Shown piece after piece: positions 24,270 to 32,000 of a stretch of DNA of 32,000 bases. The notes under the pieces were generated by a model. That model had not been told where the DNA came from. It searched no databases and saw only the letters and a program-made list of their open reading frames with translations. How positions within the stretch are numbered: position 1 is the stretch's first letter; each line of letters begins with the position of its first letter. The DNA is from Candidatus Saccharimonadota bacterium (lineage in GTDB: Bacteria; Pseudomonadota; Alphaproteobacteria; CAJXXZ01; 1604HC): NCBI RefSeq assembly GCF_008189285.1, contig NZ_CP043315.1, positions 540,001 to 572,000 of the forward strand, in the 5' to 3' direction. The translations under genes and the position numbers were made by a program.

Positions 24270-27200
24270 AATCTTGCTTCTCCTGCTGGGAATTCAGCGG
24301 CATAACTTGGGAAATTTGGCCAATCCATTAGATTGCCTTTAAGCTCTACATCACACCATACTACTAATTCTTTTCCACATCGTAATGGAATCTTCATTTT
24401 TAATTTCTTGCCTTTATTGCAATTTTTTGCACAGAATTTATCTATCAATCTTATTATTCCGAAAAATCCTTTATATTTCATTTCACAAGACCCTCCTTTT
24501 TCAAATGCATAATTGCTCTCTTTAGAAATTTTCATTGTATTGCTGAAATCATAATTTCCTAATTCAATTTCTTTAGGATCCATATTCATGCTAACTTCTT
24601 GATTTCCGAACTTCATATTCCAAATCGCAAGATGATCTCCTAATTTTTCATTTTCTCTATTTGTTCTTAGAGTTATTAAGAATGATCCTGGGTATTTCTT
24701 TATATCTGACATAGACTCTAACCATGGAATAATGCTATTCATTTTATACAAAAACATAGCCCATGTGTATTTATGCTTCAAATAGCGTGATAGTAGGTCA
24801 ATATTCATATTTTTCTCTCGCCAAATAGCTAAGAAATTTCTCGCTTCTTCAGGAGTAACCTCAACATTGGATTTTTTGTTAAAAGGAAATCTATGAGCCA
24901 TATACTTATTGAAATAACTTCTGATTTTCCTATATTGAACTTTAACTGTATTATAATTATCAAATAAACACTTGTTTCCTATAGATGAAATAATATCCAT
25001 TTTCTTTCTATCAAAATAATCCTGATTACTTGAAGATTCTATATCCAAAATTTCACTGCAATCTTTTCTATCCAATACATAAGTTTTAATGAACTTTTCT
25101 ATTGATTTGATTTGATTTGCCTTTCCTTCTCTATTTTTTTCAACAGACTCATTGATTGTTTTCCATTCCAAGAAAGTAGGAGAATAAATTTTCTGACCCA
25201 TATCTGATACTTTGCTCAATAATCGCACTGCAGGCTCAGATAATTCAGATAAATAAGTAATTTGCTCATTTTGCTTTACAAGATACTCTTCAACATCTGC
25301 TTTGCGAATATTCTCGTCAAAATAAAAATCAGACTTTGCTATATTATATAAATCCTTGTTAACTAGCATATGATTCATTTTTTCTATAAATTTTATTGAT
25401 TGCTTTTGTATAGCATTCTTCAAATCAGCAAATAAAACTGCATTTCTAAATCTGATAAAATCTAGAATTTTTGTCAAATACTTTTGCGCTTCTTTAAAAT
25501 TCTGCGAAATATTGGACAACAACGCATCTTCTTTATCGAAAGTATCAAATTGAGTTTGACTATTTGATAAAGTATATGAAATATTTTTCATAATACTATT
25601 GCATGCAACTATAGACATAGCATTTGTTGCTTTTTCATGCTGATAAAGCATGTTGTGATCTGTAAATCTCCTAAATTCATCTATCATCTTGGCAATATTA
25701 GCCAGTTTATTCAAATTCCATTTTACTAAACTATCTTTAATCGCATAATTCATCTCAACTTTTCTATATTTCATAAACGATTTTCCAGCTAGTAAGTTCA
25801 ACACTCCTTGGAATTCAGAAAAATTCTTAGAAAACAGCATCACGCCATTCTCATTTTTATGAAAAATTGATCCAATAATTGGAATACGATGAGTTAGCAT
25901 TCTCTCTTTCAATGAAATAATTCTACTGCTAATTCTTTTCTTCATTTTATGAGCAACTTTAGGTCCCAAAACATGACTATCTTGTATTCTATAAATCATA
26001 TTATTCAAATTATCATTAAAGCCTAGCTTCTCTTCTGAAACCCACATTAATTTCTTGTTATTAAATGAAGAGGCCAAGTCATTGAAATAAGAATTCAGTT
26101 TTTCTGTATCATAATTTTGCTTATCTTCTATTTTTTTTAATGTAGTTTGAATATAAACTATATTTGGTATAATTTTTTCATATTGCAATGCATTATTAAT
26201 AAATTTATCAAACATATATTCCGCTTTAAATATTATTTCTTTTTTATATGATTCAATTGAATTTATATTAAATTTAGCATATTTCAATACATTGCTAAAT
26301 ATCCTCTTGTTTTTCTTTAGATTGTGACTTGCATCAAGATTTAGCAAATTTTTCATAACATATGCCACATCATCAATATTATGCAAATAAGGAATACGTT
26401 GAATTTTGTTATAAATATTCTCTAATTTTACTACTTGCTTTACATATTCATAAAATTCAACAAACTCATCAGATACAAAAGGGTCAAATGCTTTTTTGTT
26501 ATCATTTTTAAAACTCACCTTTCCGGCAATAGCATTTCTAAGATCTAAATTAAATTTACTTGCAATAAATTTGAACAAAATAACATCGCACGCACTTCCT
26601 AACATAAAATTAATGTCATATCTTAAAGAAGAAAACCAAGAAGGTGGAAGAAAATATGAAAACAAACCATCTGCATTAATATTATTCATTGCATTAATTA
26701 GGGAAAGAGATTGATCTTCTAGTATTGAATTATCTAATTCGTCATATGTTCCTTTGTAAACTAATTTCGCATTATGCACAGCAAGTCTTATTCTCTCTAC
26801 ACCTTGCCTAAAATCAGATTTAGTTCTATATATCCTAGAATAAAAATGACTCAAACTAACAACGCCGCCTAAGCACATAATCATAAAAAGATATTGCAAT
26901 ATTCTTACTTTATTTGAATTATCTAATATGCGCCTAGATAAAGAAGAGGCTATGCTTTTTTCCTTAAATATCTTATCAACAAATAAATTGTTAATAAATA
27001 AAATATCATCAGCTGCTTCAAAATCTGAATGATGCATAATTGATCCAAACTCTACACTTTTCAATGATTGCGAAAATTCATGCGAAGCATATGCATTTTT
27101 TCTTGCAGATCCTACAAAATAAATTCCTCTTAACATGAAAGAATCATGCAAAGAATTTCGCTTAAAAATGTAGTATAAAAATTCAGATATCTTACTCCTT

Positions 27201-28096
27201 AGTTTATGCATTTCAAATGGAAAGGCAAATAATCCACCTGGAGATTCAATTTGACTAATCATAATTTCTTGCTGTAGAACTAACAACCTATCAATTACTT
27301 GATCAATAGCATTTTCGATAAATTGAATATCTTCTATTCCAGAAATATAATTTGGATTTGACCATCCAAACATTTCATTTTGCAATTTATATTCCAAAGA
27401 ATTAGCAAAATGAGCAAACCCTGGAATCAAATCAGTATGAGTAATTACAATATATATAGGAATATTAACTCCAAATTTTTTCTGCATATTCCATAGCTTG
27501 ATATAATAATGCTCTGCAATATTACTTAAATTCATCGATTCGTCAAGAATATCATTCATTGAAATAGTTAAAATTAAACTATCGATTGGTCTCTCTGGTC
27601 TGTGATAAGACAATAAATGCAATAACTTATTCCAATTACTATCATCTGATGAAACATACGCCTCTCCAGATGAGAAGAGAGCGCTATTCATTTCAAGCAA
27701 TACAGCATCATTAAAAAAGAACCAATCGCAAAATTCATTTTTTTCAACCAAATCATCAATTGTTCTTTCAAGCTTTAAGCTATTTATTATTGAGGATTTC
27801 CCTGATTTTTCTGCTCCCATAATCATAATAAATGGCAATTTGTATTTAAAATCTTTATTTCCCAAAAATGAATATAAAGTGTGCATATTATTATCAAATG
27901 AATTTTTCATTCTATTATCAAATACATTCTCAAACTTAAACAAATCAGAAATATATTTTTTAAACTTAGTTAAATATATTAATGACACCTTAAATGCTTT
28001 AGGTATTTTGCCATGATGCTTATTTAACAGTATGAAGATAGTAGCTGAAATACTGCTAATTAATACTGTTGGAAGTAAATTATATATTTTGAACAT
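24257..28096 (-). CDS. tssM: IcmF/TssM-like T6SS inner-membrane protein
   Basis: ORF track, 1279 aa. There is an N-terminal hydrophobic helix, Walker A GAEKSGKSS, a second TM segment near aa 400 (ILQYLFMIMCLGGVVSLSHFY) and a large C-terminal region. Position downstream of a DotU gene supports the call. Confidence 0.8.
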   Translation of the reverse strand: MFKIYNLLPTVLISSISATIFILLNKHHGKIPKAFKVSLIYLTKFKKYISDLFKFENVFDNRMKNSFDNNMHTLYSFLGNKDFKYKLPFIMIMGAEKSGKSSIINSLKLERTIDDLVEKNEFCDWFFFNDAVLLEMNSALFSSGEAYVSSDDSNWNKLLHLLSYHRPERPIDSLILTISMNDILDESMNLSNIAEHYYIKLWNMQKKFGVNIPIYIVITHTDLIPGFAHFANSLEYKLQNEMFGWSNPNYISGIEDIQFIENAIDQVIDRLLVLQQEIMISQIESPGGLFAFPFEMHKLRSKISEFLYYIFKRNSLHDSFMLRGIYFVGSARKNAYASHEFSQSLKSVEFGSIMHHSDFEAADDILFINNLFVDKIFKEKSIASSLSRRILDNSNKVRILQYLFMIMCLGGVVSLSHFYSRIYRTKSDFRQGVERIRLAVHNAKLVYKGTYDELDNSILEDQSLSLINAMNNINADGLFSYFLPPSWFSSLRYDINFMLGSACDVILFKFIASKFNLDLRNAIAGKVSFKNDNKKAFDPFVSDEFVEFYEYVKQVVKLENIYNKIQRIPYLHNIDDVAYVMKNLLNLDASHNLKKNKRIFSNVLKYAKFNINSIESYKKEIIFKAEYMFDKFINNALQYEKIIPNIVYIQTTLKKIEDKQNYDTEKLNSYFNDLASSFNNKKLMWVSEEKLGFNDNLNNMIYRIQDSHVLGPKVAHKMKKRISSRIISLKERMLTHRIPIIGSIFHKNENGVMLFSKNFSEFQGVLNLLAGKSFMKYRKVEMNYAIKDSLVKWNLNKLANIAKMIDEFRRFTDHNMLYQHEKATNAMSIVACNSIMKNISYTLSNSQTQFDTFDKEDALLSNISQNFKEAQKYLTKILDFIRFRNAVLFADLKNAIQKQSIKFIEKMNHMLVNKDLYNIAKSDFYFDENIRKADVEEYLVKQNEQITYLSELSEPAVRLLSKVSDMGQKIYSPTFLEWKTINESVEKNREGKANQIKSIEKFIKTYVLDRKDCSEILDIESSSNQDYFDRKKMDIISSIGNKCLFDNYNTVKVQYRKIRSYFNKYMAHRFPFNKKSNVEVTPEEARNFLAIWREKNMNIDLLSRYLKHKYTWAMFLYKMNSIIPWLESMSDIKKYPGSFLITLRTNRENEKLGDHLAIWNMKFGNQEVSMNMDPKEIELGNYDFSNTMKISKESNYAFEKGGSCEMKYKGFFGIIRLIDKFCAKNCNKGKKLKMKIPLRCGKELVVWCDVELKGNLMDWPNFPSYAAEFPAGEARLCSK

Positions 28097-28814
28097 TTTC
28101 TATATCCTTTTGCACAATGCTAATTAAATTAGATATTTCATGAGTAGATTGATACCATAAAATATAACTAATACTTATATAAGACAGCAATGAAATCCCC
28201 AATATCATCATCCAAACTTGATAACTCTTCATATTTGCATTAGATATTTTAATAATTGTATGCTGTTGAGATTGTGGAAATAAATTATCATTATGAATAT
28301 TAGGGTCATAATTATTGACTAATTGAAATAATTGACTCTTATAATCTTTGATAATTCCTCCATCATCCAATCCTCTGTATTTTCCTCTAAAATTTAATCC
28401 CAAACAAAGCAAGTAAGAGCTTCCTATATCATATTTATAAACTGCATTAGAATGAATAAAATTGCTTATATTGTCAAATAATTTTGTCCCACCTATATGA
28501 GTTCCAAAAATTTGCATCTCCAAATTATTTTTTTTCCAAGCCTCTTTATCTTTCCATTCTATATTAATAAAAGTTTCATCAGCAAAAACAGTCATTATAT
28601 AGGAAATTTCCTTATACCCTGATTCTATTAATGTTCCTTCTTCTGCTGCTAAGTCTCTTTTATAGTATATCATTCTCATCAAGATATCTTGTATATCTCT
28701 TGAATTATAGTTATTTTGATTTAATAAGATCAATTCTTTAAATTTCAAAACTTCATTTAAAAACTCTTGAAAACACCCCATTAGGAATGATTGATCTATC
28801 TTATTACTTGCCAT
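28080..28814 (-). CDS. tssL: DotU/TssL-like T6SS inner-membrane protein
   Basis: ORF track, 244 aa. The DotU core is YIMTVFADETFINIEW..W..L..FG..GG..F..YLLCLGLNFRGKYRG, followed by a single C-terminal TM (VWMMILGISLLSYISISYILWY). A 17-nt overlap joins it to tssM. Confidence 0.8.
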   Translation of the reverse strand: MASNKIDQSFLMGCFQEFLNEVLKFKELILLNQNNYNSRDIQDILMRMIYYKRDLAAEEGTLIESGYKEISYIMTVFADETFINIEWKDKEAWKKNNLEMQIFGTHIGGTKLFDNISNFIHSNAVYKYDIGSSYLLCLGLNFRGKYRGLDDGGIIKDYKSQLFQLVNNYDPNIHNDNLFPQSQQHTIIKISNANMKSYQVWMMILGISLLSYISISYILWYQSTHEISNLISIVQKDIENVQNI

Positions 28815-29107
28815 ATCTCAAGGCAAACTTAATATATAAAAGTAAAATTTGTTTTAATTAAATAATTTTTAACTTGCATTTCCCATTTCACTCAAAACAT
28901 TGCTATAACTCAATTCTTTCATTTAGATAAATTTCATTTGCTCTTCTTGCTTTCATTCATTTTACTATATTTTATATAAACACTTCATATAAAACATTTA
29001 TTTGCAATTGCTTCATTATTTGAATAAATTTTTTACTTGGAACATTATGTATAATTCACATCTAAATTAACAATATTAAATTCTTTTTTGATAAATTCAA
29101 TGTTTTA

Positions 29108-29130
29108 TTTTTGTTCCATATGGAACATTT
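29108..29130. repeat. Palindrome family copy with flanks: TTTTTGTTCCATATGGAACATTT (left boundary of the 34-bp array module)
   Basis: Read directly from the sequence. It is the exact reverse complement of 30043-30065. Confidence 0.9.
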
Positions 29131-29188
29131 ATATTTATTGCATTTAACGCTCTACCGCAACTCACCAACGCCCTTTATTATTGCAATA

Positions 29189-30024
29189 ACGAATGATCAA
29201 AGCAAAGCTGAGAATGAGAGAAACGAATGATCAAAGCAAAGCTGAGAATGAGAGAAACGAATGATCAAAGCAAAGCTGAGAATGAGAGAAACGAATGATC
29301 AAAGCAAAGCTGAGAATGAGAATGAATGATCAAAGAAACGAATGATCAAAGCAAAGCTGAGAATGAGAGAAACGAATGATGATCAATGATCAAAGCTGAG
29401 AATGAGAGAAACGAATGATCAAAGCAAAGCTGAGAATGAGAGAAACGAATGATCAAAGCAAAGCTGAGAATGAGAGAAACGAATGATCAAAGCAAAGCTG
29501 AGAATGAGAGAAACGAATGATCAAAGCAAAGCTGAGAATGAGAGAAACGAATGATCAAAGCAAAGCTGAGAATGAGAGAAACGAATGATCAAAGCAAAGC
29601 TGAGAATGAGAGAAACGAATGATCAAAGCAAAGCTGAGAATGAGAGAAACGAATGATCAAAGCAAAGCTGAGAATGAGAGAAACGAATGATCAAAGCAAA
29701 GCTGAGAATGAGAGAAACGAATGATCAAAGCAAAGCTGAGAATGAGAGAAACGAATGATCAAAGCAAAGCTGAGAATGAGAGAAACGAATGATCAAAGCA
29801 AAGCTGAGAATGAGAGAAACGAATGATCAAAGCAAAGCTGAGAATGAGAGAAACGAATGATCAAAAAGCAAAGCTGAGAATGAGAGAAACGAATGATCAA
29901 AGCAAAGCTGAGAATGAGAGAAACGAATGATCAAAGCAAAGCTGAGAATGAGAGAAACGAATGATCAAAGCAAAGCTGAGAATGAGAGAAACGAATGATC
30001 AAAGCAAAGCTGAGAATGAGAGAA
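29189..30024 (+). repeat. Tandem array, about 25 x 34 bp (acgaatgatcaaagcaaagctgagaatgagagaa)
   Basis: The exact 34-bp period was verified at several points (e.g. 29189 to 29223). Most units are identical. Indel variants occur at about 29311-29400 and about 29866. No unique spacers are present. TGA stops close every reading frame on both strands within about 102 bp. Confidence 0.97.
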
Positions 30025-30042
30025 GCTGTTTAAAATAAACAC

Positions 30043-30065
30043 AAATGTTCCATATGGAACAAAAA
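30043..30065. repeat. Palindrome family copy with flanks: AAATGTTCCATATGGAACAAAAA (right boundary of the 34-bp array module)
   Basis: Read directly from the sequence. It is the exact reverse complement of 29108-29130. Confidence 0.9.
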
Positions 30066-30320
30066 AGAAAATATTTAATATTGTTAATTATTAAATGAAA
30101 AATTAATTTATCATTTTGCGAGAGAATTATTTAAATAAAAAATCGCAAATTAGATTGATTGTATTTGCTTAAAATCTTAATAATTTGAAATAAATATTTA
30201 AATAAATAAAATTGACAACTGTTAAATTTAACAATTTTTTGAAATATTAATTAAGAAAATTAACTAAATTAATTAATCCAAAGCTAAGCATTCAAAGAAT
30301 GACAGTTAAAAGAACAAGTA

Positions 30321-30917
30321 TTAAGCAGCTTCTGCTTTACCGAATACTTTATCCATTGAAATACCTCTTTTGATAGCGATCATTTTTGGAGATTGCATGC
30401 TAAATACCCCTTTAAACAGAGCTTTAACAACGTTATGAGGGTTATTACTTCCAATAACCTTTACAACTGCATCTTTTACTCCCAAAGCATCTAATGAAGA
30501 TCTAACTACTTCACTGGCAATGATACCAGTACCAACAGGAGCAGATCTTAAGCAAATTCTAGTGCTGCAATATTTTACTTCAGCATCATGATGGAATGTT
30601 CTTCCTTCTTTCAGTGAAACTTTAAACATAGATCTAGAAGCTTTGTCCATAGCTTTTCTTACAGCATCAGAAACTTCTTTTGCCTTACCTAAGCTATATC
30701 CTGCAGATCCATTTCCATCTCCAACTATTACAAACGCACAAACTCTTTGTCTTTTTCCACCTTTTGTAACAGCTGCAATCCAATTCAAAGAAAGAACGTG
30801 ATTGATCAAATTTTCTTTCTTCCTGGAAGAATCAAATCTTCTATTGCGTGATCTTCTAGCTTGAGGAACACCTGCATTACTATCTTTATTAAAAGTATTT
30901 TTAATAGTATTCATCAA
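30321..30917 (-). CDS. rpsE: 30S ribosomal protein S5
   Basis: ORF track. ..VTKGGKRQRVCAFVIVGDGNGSAGYSLGKAKEV..AVRKA..GTGIIA..GVKD matches S5. Confidence 0.93.
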   Translation of the reverse strand: MMNTIKNTFNKDSNAGVPQARRSRNRRFDSSRKKENLINHVLSLNWIAAVTKGGKRQRVCAFVIVGDGNGSAGYSLGKAKEVSDAVRKAMDKASRSMFKVSLKEGRTFHHDAEVKYCSTRICLRSAPVGTGIIASEVVRSSLDALGVKDAVVKVIGSNNPHNVVKALFKGVFSMQSPKMIAIKRGISMDKVFGKAEAA

Positions 30918-31276
30918 AACTCCAATCCATTTTCTCTTGCAGAATCAGCAAGAGCTTTAATGCATCCATGCATTTGCCATCCACCTAAATCAAATACGAT
31001 TTTAGTAATCTTTTTTGCTTTTAGTTTATCTGCAATTGTTTTTCCGATCCATTTGCATCCCTCTACTCCATATGTCTTTATAGAGTCAGGGAAATCTTTT
31101 GAAATAGAGCTAGCAGATGCAATAGTTTTATGTTGCTCGTCATCTATTGCTTGAACATAAACAAATTTATTAGACTTAAAAACAGATAATCTTAATCTAT
31201 TATCATGATTGATAGATCTGATCTTAAATCTTCTTCTTCTTTGTCTTCTGCAAAATGATAAATCTAATCTAGACAT
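30914..31276 (-). CDS. rplR: 50S ribosomal protein L18
   Basis: ORF track. RRRRFKIRS..RLSVFKSNKFVYVQAIDD..KTIASASS..FDLGGWQMHGCIKALADSARENGLEF matches L18. Confidence 0.93.
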   Translation of the reverse strand: MSRLDLSFCRRQRRRRFKIRSINHDNRLRLSVFKSNKFVYVQAIDDEQHKTIASASSISKDFPDSIKTYGVEGCKWIGKTIADKLKAKKITKIVFDLGGWQMHGCIKALADSARENGLEF

Positions 31277-31812
31277 TATCTTTTACCTTCCTTCTTGATT
31301 CTGGATTTCAAACCCAAAATTTCTCCACCTTTGTAAGCTATAGGCTTTCTATGTGAAGCAACTTCAGATGCAAATTGCTTTACCTTTTGAGCATCAATTC
31401 CTTCTATATCTATAATAACAGGCTTTACACAAGTCACCTTTATATAAGAAGGAATATCAACCACTATTGGGTGACTATAACCCAATAAAAGCTTAAGAGT
31501 TGATCCCTCAATGGAACTTTTATAACCAGTTCCAGAAAGAGTAAGAGTTACTTTAAATCCATCAGTAACGCCTTTAATTGCAGATACTATAATTGCTCTA
31601 ATAGTTCCAAGCATGGGGAAATTTTTATTTTTCTTATCATTTCCTCCATTCATGGAAAGCATAATAGAATTGTTATCAAGATTTAAATTCAAAAAAGAGG
31701 GTATATTTAATTCTCTTTCTCCTTTAGGTCCCTTAACAACAAGCATATTATCATTAAAATTACAGCTTATTTTATCTGAAAACATAATTGGATTTCTAGC
31801 TAATCTTGACAT
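31276..31812 (-). CDS. rplF: 50S ribosomal protein L6
   Basis: ORF track. MSRLARNPI..VKGPKGE..GYSHPI..GIDAQKVKQFASEVASHRKPIAYKG matches L6. Confidence 0.93.
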   Translation of the reverse strand: MSRLARNPIMFSDKISCNFNDNMLVVKGPKGERELNIPSFLNLNLDNNSIMLSMNGGNDKKNKNFPMLGTIRAIIVSAIKGVTDGFKVTLTLSGTGYKSSIEGSTLKLLLGYSHPIVVDIPSYIKVTCVKPVIIDIEGIDAQKVKQFASEVASHRKPIAYKGGEILGLKSRIKKEGKR

Positions 31813-32000
31813 TAACGTACCTCACAAACTATTTCTCCACCAATGCCATGAGCGATTGCTGAAACATCAGATATAACTCCCTTTGAAGTGCTAAGAATTA
31901 ACATTTTAGAAATTTGTCTTAATTTCTTAATTTGTGCCAAATCAACATGCACTCTTCTGGAAGATTTAGAAATTCTACGCAAACTAGATATTACAGGATA
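31813..32000 (-). CDS. rpsH: 30S ribosomal protein S8, C-terminal 61 codons; the 5' end lies beyond the window
   Basis: Not in the ORF track. Hand translation of the reverse strand gives ..YPVISSLRRISKSSRRVHVDLAQIKKLRQISKMLILSTSKGVISDVSAIAHGIGGEIVCEVR*, with stop TAA at 31815-31813 abutting the rplF ATG. Confidence 0.88.

Noticed and set aside
29189-30024. The 34-bp array could be a CRISPR locus.
   Set aside because: The units abut directly with no unique spacers, there are no cas genes, and the unit has no CRISPR-like terminal palindrome. It is a plain tandem satellite.
29189-30024. ATGA-overlapping mini-ORFs also exist in the 34-bp array (e.g. MIKAKLRMRETNDQSKAENERNE, spanning two units).
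   Set aside because: This is a by-product of every TGA in the unit lying in an ATGA/CTGA context. The array lies on the strand opposite to all neighbouring genes and leads into no downstream ORF, so I do not treat it as coding.
5717-30065. The palindrome family could be a known operator (alphaproteobacterial LexA GTTC-N7-GTTC, Cheo box GAAC-N4-GTTC, CtrA, CIRCE) or simple rho-independent terminators.
   Set aside because: The geometry (GTTCCA-N2-TGGAAC inverted repeat) matches none of those consensus sites. Most copies lack a following U-run and have a 2-nt centre. Several sit where no transcript needs terminating, for example four copies in one spacer. The function is left open.

Overview
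This is a strongly A+T-rich bacterial chromosome segment. Its housekeeping genes are tightly packed and often overlap: pyrH-tsf-rpsB, greA, frr, ruvC, hda, a perM-like gene, pgsA, ndk, xthA, tRNA-Gln, dnaQ-rnd, yebC, rnpA-rpmH, tRNA-Ser, rsmE-tsaC-dnaX and rpsE-rplR-rplF-rpsH. That layout suggests a reduced, host-associated proteobacterial genome; I cannot name the organism from sequence alone. Accessory material sits between the core genes:
- an isolated T6SS membrane-complex operon (tssL-tssM-tssA-like)
- an orphan DUF4280/PAAR-like spike-tip gene 17 kb away
- a frameshifted eukaryote-like LRR protein
- a G+C-rich RGG/GAR-repeat protein with an acidic tail, next to tRNA-Ser
- an SDR pseudogene inactivated only by point mutations
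- an orphan secreted acidic protein
- a GrpB/GNAT-like fusion
- two near-perfect tandem arrays (41 bp x8 feeding into dnaQ; 34 bp x~25 upstream of the T6SS operon)
- twelve strictly intergenic copies of the 16-bp palindrome TGTTCCAYRTGGAACA

All functional calls rest on motif recognition by eye in the supplied translations or my own hand translations. No database search was run.
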